DNA of 62,969 nucleotides, the filler included. It is 9 parts of 9 records of this genome, joined end to end, with 100 filler letters (N's around TTAATTAATTAA, not from the genome) between each part and the next. Parts side by side here need not be neighbours in the genome. Positions count along the whole stretch, not along the records: positions 56,924 to 62,969 come from SRR31147125_26400; 8 more parts are not named here. One strand, 5' to 3'. Under the pieces are notes generated by a model that was not told where the DNA came from, made no database searches, and saw only the letters and a list, made by a program, of their open reading frames with translations. The stretch's first letter is position 1. Each line of letters begins with the position of its first letter. The translations under genes were made by a program, and so were the position numbers. Below, piece after piece: positions 62,055-62,969 of this stretch.

Positions 62055-62969
62055 TTAACCACCAAACTCCAACATTTTGTCTAAACTTAGCTTCGCGTTT
62101 TTCATTAATTCTTCATCTAATTCGATAATATTTTCAGAAACACCTTTATCATAGTCTTCAAGACATTTTAGGGTTTTCTCAATAGTATTTTTTTTCATAT
62201 TAGCACATACGAATCTTGGTGAAGCTATAAAAAATTCTTTGTCAGGGTTTTGTTCGCGTAATTTATATAAAATGCCTTCTTCCGTACCAATAATAAATTT
62301 CTTATCATCTGACTCAGTTGCATAATTAATTATTTGAGCAGTACTTCCTATAAAATCAGCAAGCTTTAAAACTTCTATGTCACATTCTGGGTGAACCAAA
62401 AATGGAACGCCGGGATGCTGATCTTTTACCGCCATCACTTCTTCTGGTAAAATTCTATTATGAACAAGACAATAGCCATCGTACGGAATAATATCTTTAT
62501 CACATTTTGAGGCAACATAATTCGCCAAATTTTTATCTGGCAAAAAAACAATTTTATCAGCGTCTAATGCGTTAACAATATTAACAGCATTAGAAGAGGT
62601 AACACATACATCACATTCTGCCTTTACCTCTGCAGTAGTGTTTACATAACAAATAAATGCAGCGTCAGGATACTCTTTCCTTAGTTTTTTTACGTCTTCG
62701 GCAGTTGCCATATCTGCCATAGGGCAACCTGCGTTCATTTCTGGCAAAAGAACAGTTTTTTCAGGGTTCAAAATTTTTGCACTTTCCGCCATGAACTCAA
62801 CACCGCAAAACAAAATAACATCAGCATCCGTTTCAGCAGACTTTTTTGCTAATCCATAAGAATCGCCAACCATATCGGCAATTTCTTGAACTGCATCAGG
62901 TTGATAGAAGTGAGCAAGTATTAATATATTATGCTTTTGCTTTAATTCCTTAATTTTTTCGCCGATAGC
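62055..62969 (-). CDS. nadA: quinolinate synthase (5'-truncated)
   Basis: LAHFYQ, GDS, FCGVEFMAE, GCPMA, YVNT, CVTSSNA, C.VH, HPEC, GTE, C.NMK. Confidence 0.96.
   Translation of the reverse strand, partial: AIGEKIKELKQKHNILILAHFYQPDAVQEIADMVGDSYGLAKKSAETDADVILFCGVEFMAESAKILNPEKTVLLPEMNAGCPMADMATAEDVKKLRKEYPDAAFICYVNTTAEVKAECDVCVTSSNAVNIVNALDADKIVFLPDKNLANYVASKCDKDIIPYDGYCLVHNRILPEEVMAVKDQHPGVPFLVHPECDIEVLKLADFIGSTAQIINYATESDDKKFIIGTEEGILYKLREQNPDKEFFIASPRFVCANMKKNTIEKTLKCLEDYDKGVSENIIELDEELMKNAKLSLDKMLEFGG

Noticed and set aside
1-62969. CRISPR arrays, rRNA, tRNA, reverse transcriptases, phage structural genes
   Set aside because: No regularly spaced repeats or recognisable motifs were seen by eye; covariance-model searches were not possible

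Overview
This window is not one locus. It is nine unrelated contigs joined by 100-bp N/TTAATTAATTAA/N spacers, and many genes carry single-base homopolymer frameshifts that look like sequencing errors. (1) 1-11395, Clostridia-like: spoIIIAA-AH, asp23, DUF2273, nusB, acyltransferase, class 3 fbp, UDG-family glycosylase, nfnA-like. (2) 11496-21889, Bacteroidota-like: broken hybrid two-component sensor, DUF6088/AbiEii TA pair with a disrupted toxin, a LacI-rbsK-transporter locus with two exported ADP-ribosylglycohydrolases, ECF sigma. (3) 21990-27346: type I hsdR followed by a nuclease-STAND ATPase. (4) 27447-32803, Desulfobacterota-like: Na+-pumping decarboxylase alpha/beta subunits, HesB-like, nitroreductase, fabI, YkgJ, msrB tail. 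(5) 32904-39026: ilvN-ilvC-leuA behind an Ile/Leu/Val leader peptide, a DUF1566-like lipoprotein, cutC, ThuA-like. (6) 39127-44427: the most interesting contig, a candidate new RiPP cluster. It has tandem small precursor ORFs ending in DDD[I/L]LF (the complete one is Tyr-rich and Cys-free), an S8 protease fused to a DUF1611/DgcN-like domain, an acyl-carrier-like protein, a radical SAM-SPASM enzyme with a C-terminal PqqD-like domain, and a GT9 glycosyltransferase, followed by an IS982 remnant. (7) 44528-49605: an SMEK-effector ABC-three-component/Lamassu-like defence operon, a degenerate tyrosine recombinase and a resolvase tail. (8) 49706-56823: MntA/HepT TA, an outer-membrane protein, DUF5009, a multi-PAS hybrid kinase. 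(9) 56924-62969: two M15B peptidases, reverse rubrerythrin with a PerR box, nadA-nadB-nadC. No rRNA, tRNA or CRISPR array was recognised. All family calls and taxonomic hints come from motif recognition by eye, not from database searches.
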